Below are positions 10,290 to 22,928 of a DNA stretch of 64,000 nt, piece after piece. Under the pieces are notes generated by a model. It saw only the letters and a list, made by a program, of their open reading frames with translations, had not been told where the DNA came from and searched no databases. The position numbers and the translations under genes are program-made. The stretch lies in the NCBI GenBank assembly GCA_028866155.1, contig JAGWIT010000001.1:165-64164 (forward strand), in the 5' to 3' direction. Source of the DNA: Patescibacteria group bacterium (GTDB lineage: Bacteria > Patescibacteriota > Minisyncoccia > Phycocordibacterales > SBAW01). Each line of letters starts with the position of its first letter. Positions within the stretch are counted from its first letter, which is position 1.

Positions 10290-12137
10290 TCAGGCTAATG
10301 CACCCTCGAGGTTCTTGGCGACGGAGCCCCAGTCATACTGCTCGAGCGCGAGATTGGGCGTGAGGATATATTTCCCGCTTTTAATCTGGAGGATCTTTTG
10401 GGCGATGCTGTGTTCGTTCGGCTCGGCAAGAAAACCGTTGACCCCTTCGATAATAAGATCTTGGGCCGCATTGTCCGGATGCGATGTCGTGATAACCGGC
10501 AGGCCCGCGGCAAAGGCCTCTATCGCGACCAGCCCGAACCCTTCGCGTACCGAAGGCAGCACGAGCATGGTCGATGCCTTCATAAGGCTCCAAAGCTCGC
10601 GGTGGGTGCCCGCGCGCGCAAAAGAAACGTGCCGCTCCAAGCCGAGCGAGGATATGAGCTTTTCTATGCTCTGCTTTTGCGGCCCATCGCCCACTATCGT
10701 GCAGGTGATATCCGGCAGGGATTCTTTGACGACGGCAATCGCCTTTACCAACAGGTCGGCATGCTTATGCTCGAGCAGCCTCCCCACAAAAATAACGTCA
10801 CTGCGCTCCTCTCCTGCCTGTGCCGTGTATATATCGTCGAGATCAACGCCGAGCGGCACCGTGTGTATCTCTTTGGTCACGCCGGCGTTGAGGAGGCGGC
10901 GGGTCGTGTGCGCGGAGTTCGATACGATAACATCGGGCGTGCGCAGAGCCAGCCACTCAACAAGCGCGCCGCACCGGCCGACGAGCCCCGGCGCGTACTG
11001 TGCCCAATACTCGCCGCCCCACACCTCGTGCCACGTGCCGTAGAGCTTCTTCCTTTTAATCCACGTCACGATGCGCGCGCTAAAGAGCGGAAAAAACGGC
11101 ATGTGGTCGACATCAAGCACATCGAAGCTCACAAACAGGAGCTTCAGCGTCGCTGCGCCGAACATCAGCGCTTGCCTCAGCGAACGGCGCTCGCCGCTAT
11201 AAAGCGGATAATATCTGCACAGCGCGTGCAACATGACTCCGTCTCGCACAATCGTCTTGGGCCCGTCCCACCACCGCATCGTATAGATGTGCACCTCGCG
11301 TGCGGGGCCGGCCAGCCTTTTTGAAATCTCATAGAGCCTTTTTTCCTTCCCGCCGTTGAAGTACGGCATGACTGAGTCCGACACAAACGCCACGCGCCGC
11401 GGCGCTGCGGGTGCCTCTAACGGCTTCCACCGAATATTGCGCGCGAACATCAGCAGAATGCGGCCGCCGTCGTACAACGGCCGCAGAGACGAGCTCCCCT
11501 TACGCGGCGCGTAGCTTATCGGCACCGAGCAGATATCTTCGCCGAGGCGCGCCATCTTGGTTATCATCTCCATCTCGATGGCAAACCCTTCTGAGGTAAG
11601 GTGCGGACGCAATCGCAGAGCCGCCTCGCGACTCCAGGCAAAGTAACCGGTGAGCACGTCGGTGACGTTGACGCGATAAAAATAGCGCACGAGGTGCGAG
11701 TATATCCAGTTGCCGAGGCGGTTGAGCCACGCCATCGAGCCTTCTTGTATCTTGCCGCCGAGGCGCGAGCCGACCACCACGCTGCTGAACCCGGAGGAAA
11801 GCGGCTCGACCATCCGCACGATCTCGCGCGAGGCATACGTGTCATCGCCGTCGAGCATCACGATATAGTCGCACTCCGGCGGTATCGAGCTCATCGCCCG
11901 CCGTATCGCGTGGCCTTTGCCTTGCCGCGGCTCGTGCACCACCTGCGCGCCGCATTCGCGGGCGATTTGCGCCGTCTTGTCGGTGCTGTTGTTGTCAATC
12001 ACCATAACCGAGAGCTCATACCCGTATTGCTGCAGCTTCTCGCGCGGGAAAGAGCGGATAACGTCGGCGATGCCTTTTTCTTCGTTATAACAAGGGATGA
12101 AGGCGACTATCTTCTCGGTTTTTGGTTTGGAGGCCAT
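10290..12137 (-). CDS. GT2 (Dol-P-Man synthase-like) plus GT4 fusion glycosyltransferase
   Basis: N-terminal PCYNEE, DNNSTD, LDGDDTY; C-terminal GT4 'EGFGLVAIEAFAAG'; start at MASKPK. Confidence 0.9.
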   Translation of the reverse strand: MASKPKTEKIVAFIPCYNEEKGIADVIRSFPREKLQQYGYELSVMVIDNNSTDKTAQIARECGAQVVHEPRQGKGHAIRRAMSSIPPECDYIVMLDGDDTYASREIVRMVEPLSSGFSSVVVGSRLGGKIQEGSMAWLNRLGNWIYSHLVRYFYRVNVTDVLTGYFAWSREAALRLRPHLTSEGFAIEMEMITKMARLGEDICSVPISYAPRKGSSSLRPLYDGGRILLMFARNIRWKPLEAPAAPRRVAFVSDSVMPYFNGGKEKRLYEISKRLAGPAREVHIYTMRWWDGPKTIVRDGVMLHALCRYYPLYSGERRSLRQALMFGAATLKLLFVSFDVLDVDHMPFFPLFSARIVTWIKRKKLYGTWHEVWGGEYWAQYAPGLVGRCGALVEWLALRTPDVIVSNSAHTTRRLLNAGVTKEIHTVPLGVDLDDIYTAQAGEERSDVIFVGRLLEHKHADLLVKAIAVVKESLPDITCTIVGDGPQKQSIEKLISSLGLERHVSFARAGTHRELWSLMKASTMLVLPSVREGFGLVAIEAFAAGLPVITTSHPDNAAQDLIIEGVNGFLAEPNEHSIAQKILQIKSGKYILTPNLALEQYDWGSVAKNLEGALA

Positions 12138-12144
12138 ATCAGAT

Positions 12145-12567
12145 TTAAGACCCGGCGGAAAAATGGATGGAAAGGCCCTGCTCCGGCAGGCCCACGACAA
12201 CCACAGATGCGGCGCGCACGACGGGGAGCGTCTCTTGCATCGAAGCGGAGCCGTTGTCCTCAAGCGAGACTGTGCCCGAGTCGATGATGCGCGAGCCGCC
12301 CTGCGACTCCAGAAGCACCGTATATGGATAATCGACGCGGCGGCCCTCCAGATTGTGTATCGTAAATGAAAACGGCGCCGCACTTTCAAGCGAAGCCTTC
12401 GGCAGTATCCCGGTAAAATACAGCTCGGTGAGCGGCTCGTTTTGCGGGGTCAGGTTGAGCTCTGCGAGCACGCGCTCAACCGGCTGATAGATAAAAAAAA
12501 CCAATGCCGCGGCAAGGCACAGCGCGAGCACTGCAGCGAAAAAAGCATATTGGCGGAGGATAGCCAT
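12145..12567 (-). CDS. DUF1616-like membrane-anchored protein
   Basis: N-terminal TM; 'EPLTELYF...FTIHNLEG...Y' pattern. Confidence 0.6.
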   Translation of the reverse strand: MAILRQYAFFAAVLALCLAAALVFFIYQPVERVLAELNLTPQNEPLTELYFTGILPKASLESAAPFSFTIHNLEGRRVDYPYTVLLESQGGSRIIDSGTVSLEDNGSASMQETLPVVRAASVVVVGLPEQGLSIHFSAGS

Positions 12568-12650
12568 AGCAGTGAAGCACCAACATCTTACCGAAATGCG
12601 CCGCTCTTTCAAGCCTGCGGCTGACAGGACAAAAATGCTATACTCACGCT

Positions 12651-13121
12651 ATGAAATCCCGCTGGATCATACTTGCGCTTTTGCTCGCCGTTATCGTCGC
12701 CGGCGCGGCGGCGCTCGTCCTCATCCCCCGCCCGCAAACCGCCGTGGCACCGACGGGGGAAGGAGCCACAACAACTCCTGCCGCAAGCGGCTCATCGCTT
12801 GATGATTTAATAAAGGTCACAACGCCTGCACCTAACGCCTCAGTCGCTTCACCGCTTATGGTCGAAGGACAAGCCCGCGGCAACTGGTTCTTTGAGGCGA
12901 CCGCCCCCATGGCTTTGCTCGACGCAAACGGCAGCGTTATCGCGCAAGGCGCCATTACCGACAGCGGCGACTGGACCAGCGGCGACTTCGGAGCATTTAC
13001 CGGGTCTCTTACCTTTCCCGATCAACCGGCCGGCTCTCAAGGCACGTTGGTGCTCAGCAATGACAACCCCTCGGGCAATCCTGCCACTCAAAAGACACTT
13101 GATATACCGGTAACGTTTTAA
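12651..13121 (+). CDS. Gmad2-type immunoglobulin-like domain protein
   Basis: TM anchor; 'VEGQARGNWFFEA...GTLVLSNDNPSG'. Confidence 0.8.
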   Translation: MKSRWIILALLLAVIVAGAAALVLIPRPQTAVAPTGEGATTTPAASGSSLDDLIKVTTPAPNASVASPLMVEGQARGNWFFEATAPMALLDANGSVIAQGAITDSGDWTSGDFGAFTGSLTFPDQPAGSQGTLVLSNDNPSGNPATQKTLDIPVTF

Positions 13122-13130
13122 TTTCTGCGG

Positions 13131-13670
13131 TTAGAGCCCCGAGTGATCGCTGCGGGCTCCGCGGGATTCGCGTTCGAAGGAGTCTAACTTTAGGTTTTCG
13201 GCCTTCCAGCCCACGCCGTTGGCCCAAATTTGGATAAGCGAGCCGGCTCCCGCCAGGGCCAAAAAGAAGATAATAGACCACGCCCACGGATATATAAAGT
13301 AGAAGAACACCACCGCTAAGGCCGACCAGATGCCGATGCACCATGGGCACTGGAGCAGGTCGTAGATGGTATGACGAAAGCCGCTGCCAAAGGGCTGTAT
13401 CTCAACATACGTTGCGCCGCCTTCGGTAAACTCGCGGCTGTAGGCAAACAGCTCGCGAAACCAGCGGGTTATTTTGTCGTACACTATCAAGCGCGTGATG
13501 CGAAAGGTCGCCAGCGCCATGAGCAGCGCGTCAAACGGCGGCACCGACACCAAAAACCCGCCACGCATGAGGTTCATGACGTATAAAGCGGCTACTAATA
13601 CGCACATGAAGAACACGCTAAAAATAAAATTCCATAAATTTTGGTCCTCTTTGTGGCGCTTGTGTATCAT
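13131..13670 (-). CDS. DUF1360-family membrane protein
   Basis: 'LATFRITRLIVYDKIT' and 'LLQCPWCIGIW'. Confidence 0.8.
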   Translation of the reverse strand: MIHKRHKEDQNLWNFIFSVFFMCVLVAALYVMNLMRGGFLVSVPPFDALLMALATFRITRLIVYDKITRWFRELFAYSREFTEGGATYVEIQPFGSGFRHTIYDLLQCPWCIGIWSALAVVFFYFIYPWAWSIIFFLALAGAGSLIQIWANGVGWKAENLKLDSFERESRGARSDHSGL

Positions 13671-13902
13671 AGCCTTCACTATACCGCAGGTTTTTTCGGT
13701 GGGATGAGATACTCATTTAAGGCTCAAAATCGCTTCTAAAAAAACGCCTTATTTGCAGACTTTTATGAGAAATTGATTGCTAAGTGGCGAAAAACATTTC
13801 CGGCTAACCGTTTGGGGACAAGGTTTTAGAAAAAATGCCCTTAAAGAGGAGTATAATAAAAATTCCGGCTATAAACTATTTTTTATTAGCTAAGAAGCGG
13901 CC

Positions 13903-16968
<3,066 letters not shown>

Positions 16969-16975
16969 TTGGCTT

Positions 16976-17115
16976 ATGGCAAAGAAAAAAGAACCCTCCT
17001 CGGATGATATTGCACGAATTTAAAAAAAATGAATGAGCAACTTAAAACTCTATCTAAAGAATTGAAGCTGTTGGAAAAAAATTTAAAAGAACTAAGGGCA
17101 ATATTTGCTAACTAA
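16976..17115 (+). pseudogene. AT-rich small coiled-coil ORF split by a one-base frame break (or 28-aa ORF from ATG 17029)
   Basis: MAKKKEPSSDDIARI* then, in the -1 frame at TTTAAAAAAAA, LKKMNEQLKTLSKELKLLEKNLKELRAIFAN*. Confidence 0.4.
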
Positions 17116-17116
17116 T

Positions 17117-18109
17117 ATGGGAATCATCAATGGAGGCTCCAATACCGACCCCAACAAAATTTTGCCGATGAAGTATCCTTGGGCCCGCACCCACTACAAA
17201 AAAGGCGTGGCCAACAACTGGGTACCCGAGGAAGTTTCGATGCAGCAGGATGTCGAGTTGTGGAAGAAGCCCGGCGCTTTAAGCGAAGACGAGCGCCGTA
17301 TGATTTTGTGGAACCTCGGGTTCTTCTCGACCGCCGAGTCTTTGACCGCCAACAATTTGGTGCTCGCGATTTACCGCCATATCACCAACCCCGAGGCGCG
17401 CCAATACATTTTGCGCCAGTCATACGAAGAGGCGGTACACACCGACACGTTCATCTACTGCTGTGACACGCTGGGACTCAATCCCGACGAGATTTACAAC
17501 ATGTACCAAACCATCCCCTCGATTAAGGAGAAGGACGAATTCGTCGTAGAGATGACCAGGAGCGTGTTCGACCCCAACTTCAACACCCAGGGCACCGAGA
17601 ACATCCAGCGCTTCGTGCACGACCTCGTGGGCTACTACGTCATCATGGAGGGCATCTTCTTTTATGCCGGCTTCGCGATGACGCTTTCGATGCTGCGCAA
17701 AAACCGGATGGTCGGCGTTGGCGAGCAGTTCCAGTTTATTTTGCGCGACGAGTCGGTGCACCTGGCCTTCGGCGCCGACCTCATCAACACTATCGTGCAG
17801 GAGAACCCGGCAATATGGACGCCGGAGTTCAAGCAGACGCTGACCAAAAACATCATGCGCGGCGTTGAACTCGAGAAAAAATATGCCGATGACGCGCTCC
17901 CGCGCGGGATAGTGGGGCTAACCCCCTCAACGGTGAAGCAGTATGTCGAGCATGTCGCCGACCGTCGCCTCGAGCGCATAGGCCTTGAGCGCCAATATCA
18001 CAAAGACAACCCGTTCCCCTGGCTCTCGGAGGTGATGGACATGCCGAAGGAAAAGAACTTTTTTGAAACCCGCGTGACCGAATACAAAACCGGCGAGCTG
18101 GATTGGTAA
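17117..18109 (+). CDS. nrdB: Ribonucleotide reductase beta subunit, class Ic signature
   Basis: FFSTAES, EEAVHTDTF (Phe at the radical Tyr position), MEGIFF, RDESVH, NFFETRVTEY. Confidence 0.95.
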   Translation: MGIINGGSNTDPNKILPMKYPWARTHYKKGVANNWVPEEVSMQQDVELWKKPGALSEDERRMILWNLGFFSTAESLTANNLVLAIYRHITNPEARQYILRQSYEEAVHTDTFIYCCDTLGLNPDEIYNMYQTIPSIKEKDEFVVEMTRSVFDPNFNTQGTENIQRFVHDLVGYYVIMEGIFFYAGFAMTLSMLRKNRMVGVGEQFQFILRDESVHLAFGADLINTIVQENPAIWTPEFKQTLTKNIMRGVELEKKYADDALPRGIVGLTPSTVKQYVEHVADRRLERIGLERQYHKDNPFPWLSEVMDMPKEKNFFETRVTEYKTGELDW

Positions 18110-18125
18110 AAAAAGAAAGCGCGGT

Positions 18126-18344
18126 TTAAGAAGCCGCGCCAGTAAACAACTGGTCAAGTGCGGCTCGGGCATCTTCGCCCTCTGCCCTGATCGTGATTTT
18201 GAGCACCTGATTAGCATAGAGCAGCCGCTTTTTCATCCCCGAGTCGAACGGGGCTTTGGCGACCGCCACTTCAGTGATCATCTCCCAATAGTCTTTGTTG
18301 CCGTGGTCATCGCTGAGCCCCGGCACGATATAACGCGTGGCCAT
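18126..18344 (-). CDS. Hypothetical protein
   Basis: 72-aa ORF with AGGAG ribosome-binding site. Confidence 0.6.
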   Translation of the reverse strand: MATRYIVPGLSDDHGNKDYWEMITEVAVAKAPFDSGMKKRLLYANQVLKITIRAEGEDARAALDQLFTGAAS

Positions 18345-18414
18345 GGGTTGCTACTCCTTCGAACGAAGACCGTATATCCGCACCATAGCGTATAACCCCG
18401 GTAGTTGCAAGAAA

Positions 18415-19209
18415 TTATCTAAGAGACTTATCAATCTCATACTCCCCCACTTTGGTGCGCAGGATATGGAGCGCGAGCGCGGGGACGCCGAGCTCTTGAC
18501 CCAGTTTGTGGGCTATTGAACGCGCGTAGGTGCCGGAGGAGCACTCTATTTTTATTGTCGCACAGGGAAACTCGCGCTCGCCGCTTTGTTGCAGATTGCG
18601 CTTCCAGAGCCGCGTTATTTCTTCCTGCCGGAAGTCGCCGTTGACCTTCTCGATGCTCGTTTCGATATAGGAGAGCAGCGCCGGCTCTTTGACCTTGTAG
18701 ATCCCGACCAGGTCGATGTGGTAGATATTGACCATGCGGCTGGGCAATATGATAGAGCTCAGCGCATTGCCGCGCGCCCACTCAAACAGCGATTTGCCTT
18801 CGACCGTTTTACTCGAGTACGGCGGATACTCCTGAGCTACCGCTCCGCGAAATTCATTCAAACCTTTTTCAATTTCCCTGCGAGTGAGGCCGCTGCAATC
18901 GCCCGTCTCTATGACGCGCCCGAGGATGTCATAGGTGTCGGTGGCAAAGCCGAACAGCACGTCGAGCGTATACTCCTTGCCGAGATCCAAATACTGCTCG
19001 CGGCGGCGGTTGGCCGAGCCCACGAGGCACAGCATGACCCCCTCGGCCATGGGGTCCAGCCGGCCCGCGTAGGAGAGCACCTCGTGGGCATAGTGGGGCT
19101 TCTGCGCACGCAGGCGCTCGAGGCGCTCGCGGGGGGTTTCGCCCAGGTTTTTGTATACATTGAGGACCGCTCCAGCCTTGTTCAGATCAGCATTATTCAT
19201 CTGCGGCAT
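18415..19209 (-). CDS. truB: tRNA pseudouridine synthase B-like
   Basis: YAGRLDPMAEGV, QEYPPYSS, CSSGTYARS, LRTKVG; start at 19209 or 19200. Confidence 0.85.
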   Translation of the reverse strand: MPQMNNADLNKAGAVLNVYKNLGETPRERLERLRAQKPHYAHEVLSYAGRLDPMAEGVMLCLVGSANRRREQYLDLGKEYTLDVLFGFATDTYDILGRVIETGDCSGLTRREIEKGLNEFRGAVAQEYPPYSSKTVEGKSLFEWARGNALSSIILPSRMVNIYHIDLVGIYKVKEPALLSYIETSIEKVNGDFRQEEITRLWKRNLQQSGEREFPCATIKIECSSGTYARSIAHKLGQELGVPALALHILRTKVGEYEIDKSLR

Positions 19210-19231
19210 TTCTGCTACACTGTACACTACA

Positions 19232-20482
19232 ATGACAAAAAAGGATAAATTATCGGTCGAGCCGTACAAAGGCGTGCGCGATTTCTATCCCGAGGAGCAG
19301 GCATTTCTCAACTACTTCATTGCCACGTGCCGCGAATTCGTCGAGAAGGTCGGTTATGTCGAATATGATGCTTCGCCGCTTGAACCCTCGGAGCTCTATA
19401 AAGCCAAGGGCGCCGAAAATGAGGAGATGGTCAATGAGCAAACCTACACCTTTGTCGACCGCGGCGGGCGCGAGGTGACGCTCCGGCCCGAAATGACGCC
19501 GACGGTGGCGCGCATGGTGGCGGGCAAGCGCCGCGAGCTTGGCTTCCCTTTGCGGTGGTATTCACTGCCCAATTGTTTTAGATACGAGCGGCCCCAGCGC
19601 GGTCGTCTGCGCGAATTTTGGCAACTCAACGTCGATCTCTTCGGCTCGCATTCCCCGTATGCCGATGCTGAAATTATCGCCATGGCGTATGGTCTGATGA
19701 AGGCATTTGGGGCGGAGGATGACGACTTTGTAATAAAAGTGAATAGCCGCGCATATCTTAATAAGTTGACAGAAAAACTTTCTGATGAAGCCCGTAAAAA
19801 ACTTTTTAATTTACTTGACCGCAAAACCAAGATGCCAAGCGACGAGTTTGAAGCGGGTTTGCGTGAACTTGCTATTTCTCCAGAAAGATTTATGAGCGCT
19901 GAAGGACCAGCTGAGATTGAAAAAATGATTAGAGAATTTAGTGACGCTGGTATTAAAAATATTATCTACGATCCCTCAATCGTGCGGGGCTTTGCCTATT
20001 ACACCGGCATGGTGTTCGAGGTGTTCGACACCCACCCCGACAACAATCGCGCGCTCTTCGGCGGCGGGCGCTACGACAATTTAACCGCGATGTTCGACGA
20101 CGAGCCGGTGGCGGGTGTGGGGTTTGGCATGGGCGACGTCACCATCCGCGACTTCTTGGCAGTGCGCAATTTGTTGCCCGTCTACGCGCCGCCCACGCAC
20201 GTTTATATAGCTATACCGTCGTCCGAATTGGCCCTCCAGGCGCAAACCTTCGCGGGGAGCCTGCGCCAGCAAGGCGTCAACGTCGCGGTGGACTTTGGCG
20301 AGAAGAAGCTCGGCGACCAGATCAAGACGGCTGCCAAGCACAACATACCGTTCGTTATCGTGCTCGGGCAAGACGAGCTCGCCTCGGGACAATACACCGT
20401 TCGAGATCTTGAAACCGGCAGTGAAAAAAAGCTGGATAAGGGTCAGTTGTCCGAATTCTTCTTAAATATTGAACGCAAATAA
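19232..20482 (+). CDS. hisS: Histidine--tRNA ligase
   Basis: KGVRDF, LRPEMT, FRYERPQRGRLREF, RGFAYYTG, GGGRYD. Confidence 0.97.
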   Translation: MTKKDKLSVEPYKGVRDFYPEEQAFLNYFIATCREFVEKVGYVEYDASPLEPSELYKAKGAENEEMVNEQTYTFVDRGGREVTLRPEMTPTVARMVAGKRRELGFPLRWYSLPNCFRYERPQRGRLREFWQLNVDLFGSHSPYADAEIIAMAYGLMKAFGAEDDDFVIKVNSRAYLNKLTEKLSDEARKKLFNLLDRKTKMPSDEFEAGLRELAISPERFMSAEGPAEIEKMIREFSDAGIKNIIYDPSIVRGFAYYTGMVFEVFDTHPDNNRALFGGGRYDNLTAMFDDEPVAGVGFGMGDVTIRDFLAVRNLLPVYAPPTHVYIAIPSSELALQAQTFAGSLRQQGVNVAVDFGEKKLGDQIKTAAKHNIPFVIVLGQDELASGQYTVRDLETGSEKKLDKGQLSEFFLNIERK

Positions 20483-20488
20483 ATCGGT

Positions 20489-21064
20489 ATGAAAGTACTT
20501 ACCTTCGACATCGAAACGACGGGCGAATTTTTAGGCAACGGCGACTTTTCAAATCAAGAGGTCACGGTTGTCGGCGTACACGACTCTGAGACCAGCGAAT
20601 TTTCATCATATCTCAAAGAAGAGTTGCACAAGATGTGGCCCCTGTTCGAGCGGGCCGACATCATCGTCGGGTACAACAGCGACCACTTCGATATCCCCAT
20701 CCTCAACAAATACTATGCGGGCGACCTCGGCAAAATTAAAAGCGTCGACTTGCTCAAAGAGATTAAGAACGTGCTCGGCAGGCGGCTGAAGCTCGATAAC
20801 CTGGCCGAAGCGACGCTCGGCAAAAAAAAGAGCGGCAACGGCCTCGAGGCCGTCAAATGGTGGGCCGAGGGCAAAGTTGAGCAGGTGCGCGCCTACTGCA
20901 TAGACGACGTGCGAATCACGCGGGAACTATATGACTACGCCAAAAAGCACGGCAGTCTCAAATATAAAGACTATGACGGTAAGCGAGAAATAAAGCTCGA
21001 CACCAGCCAGTGGGAGATTCTTCCGGCCAATGGCGGAGCTCTTACACACACCTTGCCCTTTTAA
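20489..21064 (+). CDS. RNase H-like 3'-5' exonuclease (DEDD/YprB-like)
   Basis: FDIET, GYNSDHFD, YCIDDV. Confidence 0.85.
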   Translation: MKVLTFDIETTGEFLGNGDFSNQEVTVVGVHDSETSEFSSYLKEELHKMWPLFERADIIVGYNSDHFDIPILNKYYAGDLGKIKSVDLLKEIKNVLGRRLKLDNLAEATLGKKKSGNGLEAVKWWAEGKVEQVRAYCIDDVRITRELYDYAKKHGSLKYKDYDGKREIKLDTSQWEILPANGGALTHTLPF

Positions 21065-21087
21065 TAGTAGCTTTGTAGAATTAGCTT

Positions 21088-21849
21088 ATGAAATCACAAT
21101 ATATTTTGCCTATTACTATTGTTGTCGCGGGTTTGCTCATTGCCGGTGCGGTTTTTTGGGTCGGTAAAAGCGGGACTATAGCGCCCAATACCACCAACGG
21201 CCAGCAACAAAATATCACCTTCCCTCCGGTGACCTCGGCCGACCACATCCTTGGCAACCCCAATGCACCGGTTAAAGTTATAGAGTACGCCGACCTTGAG
21301 TGCCCATACTGCAAGGTATTCGAAACGACGATGCATCAGGTGATGGACTACTACGGCCAGTCGGGGCGGGTGGCATGGGTGTACCGTCCGTTCCCGCTCG
21401 CGCAAATCCACTCCAAAGCTCCGCAGGAAGCCGAGGCGGCCGAGTGTGCGGCCGACCAGGGCGGCAGTACGGCGTTCTTCAACTACATCGACAAGCTGTA
21501 TGCGATCACGCCGTCGGAGAACGGGCTTGATTTGGCGCAGCTGCCAGTCATTGCCGGGGACGTCGGGCTCAATGTCACCCAGTTCAACACGTGCCTTAGC
21601 TCAGGCAAATATGCCTCGAAGGTCCAGCAAAGCTACAATGACGCCATCGCCGCAGGCGGCACCGGCACACCGTACATCCTCATCACGGTGCAGGGCTCAA
21701 AAGACGCGGTGCCGCTCGAGGGCGCCCAGCCCTACGACAGCATGCGTGCGGCAATAGACGCGGTGCTCTCGACCATTCCCGGCGGCTCGGCCACCACCGC
21801 AAGCAGCACACCGGCGGCTACTCCAACCGCCCCCGCAGCCACTCAGTAA
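21088..21849 (+). CDS. DsbA-family thioredoxin-fold protein
   Basis: TM anchor, ADLECPYC, GTP cis-Pro loop. Confidence 0.9.
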   Translation: MKSQYILPITIVVAGLLIAGAVFWVGKSGTIAPNTTNGQQQNITFPPVTSADHILGNPNAPVKVIEYADLECPYCKVFETTMHQVMDYYGQSGRVAWVYRPFPLAQIHSKAPQEAEAAECAADQGGSTAFFNYIDKLYAITPSENGLDLAQLPVIAGDVGLNVTQFNTCLSSGKYASKVQQSYNDAIAAGGTGTPYILITVQGSKDAVPLEGAQPYDSMRAAIDAVLSTIPGGSATTASSTPAATPTAPAATQ

Positions 21850-21854
21850 AAATC

Positions 21855-22700
21855 CTACAAATCGGGCCTGAAGTGTGCATCGTATTCTTCGGGGAGGAGG
21901 TTAATATTATAGATATCAAGCGAGTTCTCGCCTTCGAAAAGATCCGACGGGTTGGGCAGAAATACTTTGGTGTGCGCTATGACTTCTGTCGCATCGCGGA
22001 TGAGCCGGTTAAAAATGATGAACTCGCGCCGAAAGGCGCGAAAGTCTATAACATACCGCCGCAGCTGCGGGCTGCCGTCGGCGTTGCGGGTTATTTTACA
22101 TTCATGCACGATAAAGCGCCGCACCGGTTTGCCGTAGAGTTTTTTTACCGTGTAGTAATTGAATATCGCCTGAAAGACAAAAAGAGATTTATCGGCCCGC
22201 AACGGGCTGAATGCGGCGACGAACTTATGGTCGACAATATCAACTCCGCGCGGATCGACTTTTGATTGAACGACCAGGTCGGAGACGGCTTTTATCGGGA
22301 GCGGCAAGCCCTCTACTTCAGCCACCGCTTTAACTTCAACACCAAGCACCTTGTATGTGGGCGGCCGCGCGAGGTAAAAGCCTATAGCCTGCAGATACTC
22401 GTGCTCCATTGCGGCGCGCTTTTTCTTTTTTGCCAAGCGGCTCCTTGCCTTGCCGAAGTTTATCTCAAAGTCCGGCACCTCCCGCAGATACTCAAGCCCC
22501 AATTCAGTGGCGCCCTCCTTCCCTAATCCGCCATAAAAATGCTGGAGAGCCACGTGCCCTGCGCGCCCGACAATGCCGGACGGGCTCGAGGGCGTGTCAT
22601 ACACCTCTTCGACATAGCGCTTATACCAGGCCAGCGGATTGCGCAAAAAAGCCATCAACGAAGAGTGGCTCCAGTGTTTGATGGGAAGTTCTTTGCCCAT
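21855..22700 (-). CDS. PD-(D/E)XK nuclease family protein
   Basis: WSHSS start, 'GRAGH', 'SDLV...IVDHK', 'Q..Y' motifs. Confidence 0.75.
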   Translation of the reverse strand: MGKELPIKHWSHSSLMAFLRNPLAWYKRYVEEVYDTPSSPSGIVGRAGHVALQHFYGGLGKEGATELGLEYLREVPDFEINFGKARSRLAKKKKRAAMEHEYLQAIGFYLARPPTYKVLGVEVKAVAEVEGLPLPIKAVSDLVVQSKVDPRGVDIVDHKFVAAFSPLRADKSLFVFQAIFNYYTVKKLYGKPVRRFIVHECKITRNADGSPQLRRYVIDFRAFRREFIIFNRLIRDATEVIAHTKVFLPNPSDLFEGENSLDIYNINLLPEEYDAHFRPDL

Positions 22701-22771
22701 ATCTCTATTCTACTTGCCTTCTTCCTGCATATCGAGTATAAAAAGAAAAGTATTGCAGTAGGAGTGCTGAG

Positions 22772-22897
22772 ATGGAAGCTTTAAAAACCTTCGCGGAATG
22801 GTGGGGTTTGATGGCCATTATCCTGGTCATCATGTTCCCCCTGCTCCCGTGGCTCCGCAAATACTACCGCAAAATCACCAAACGCCTGATTCGCTGA
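22772..22897 (+). CDS. 41-aa single-TM small protein (absent from ORF track)
   Basis: AGGAG RBS; MEALKTFAEWWGLMAIILVIMFPLLPWLRKYYRKITKRLIR*. Confidence 0.65.
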   Translation: MEALKTFAEWWGLMAIILVIMFPLLPWLRKYYRKITKRLIR

Positions 22898-22928
22898 AAA
22901 GCGAGTCAGGCGTTCTTGTATTTATCCT

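Noticed and set aside
13684-13902. NrdR boxes upstream of nrdA
   Set aside because: AT-rich promoter region, but no convincing tandem palindromic match seen.
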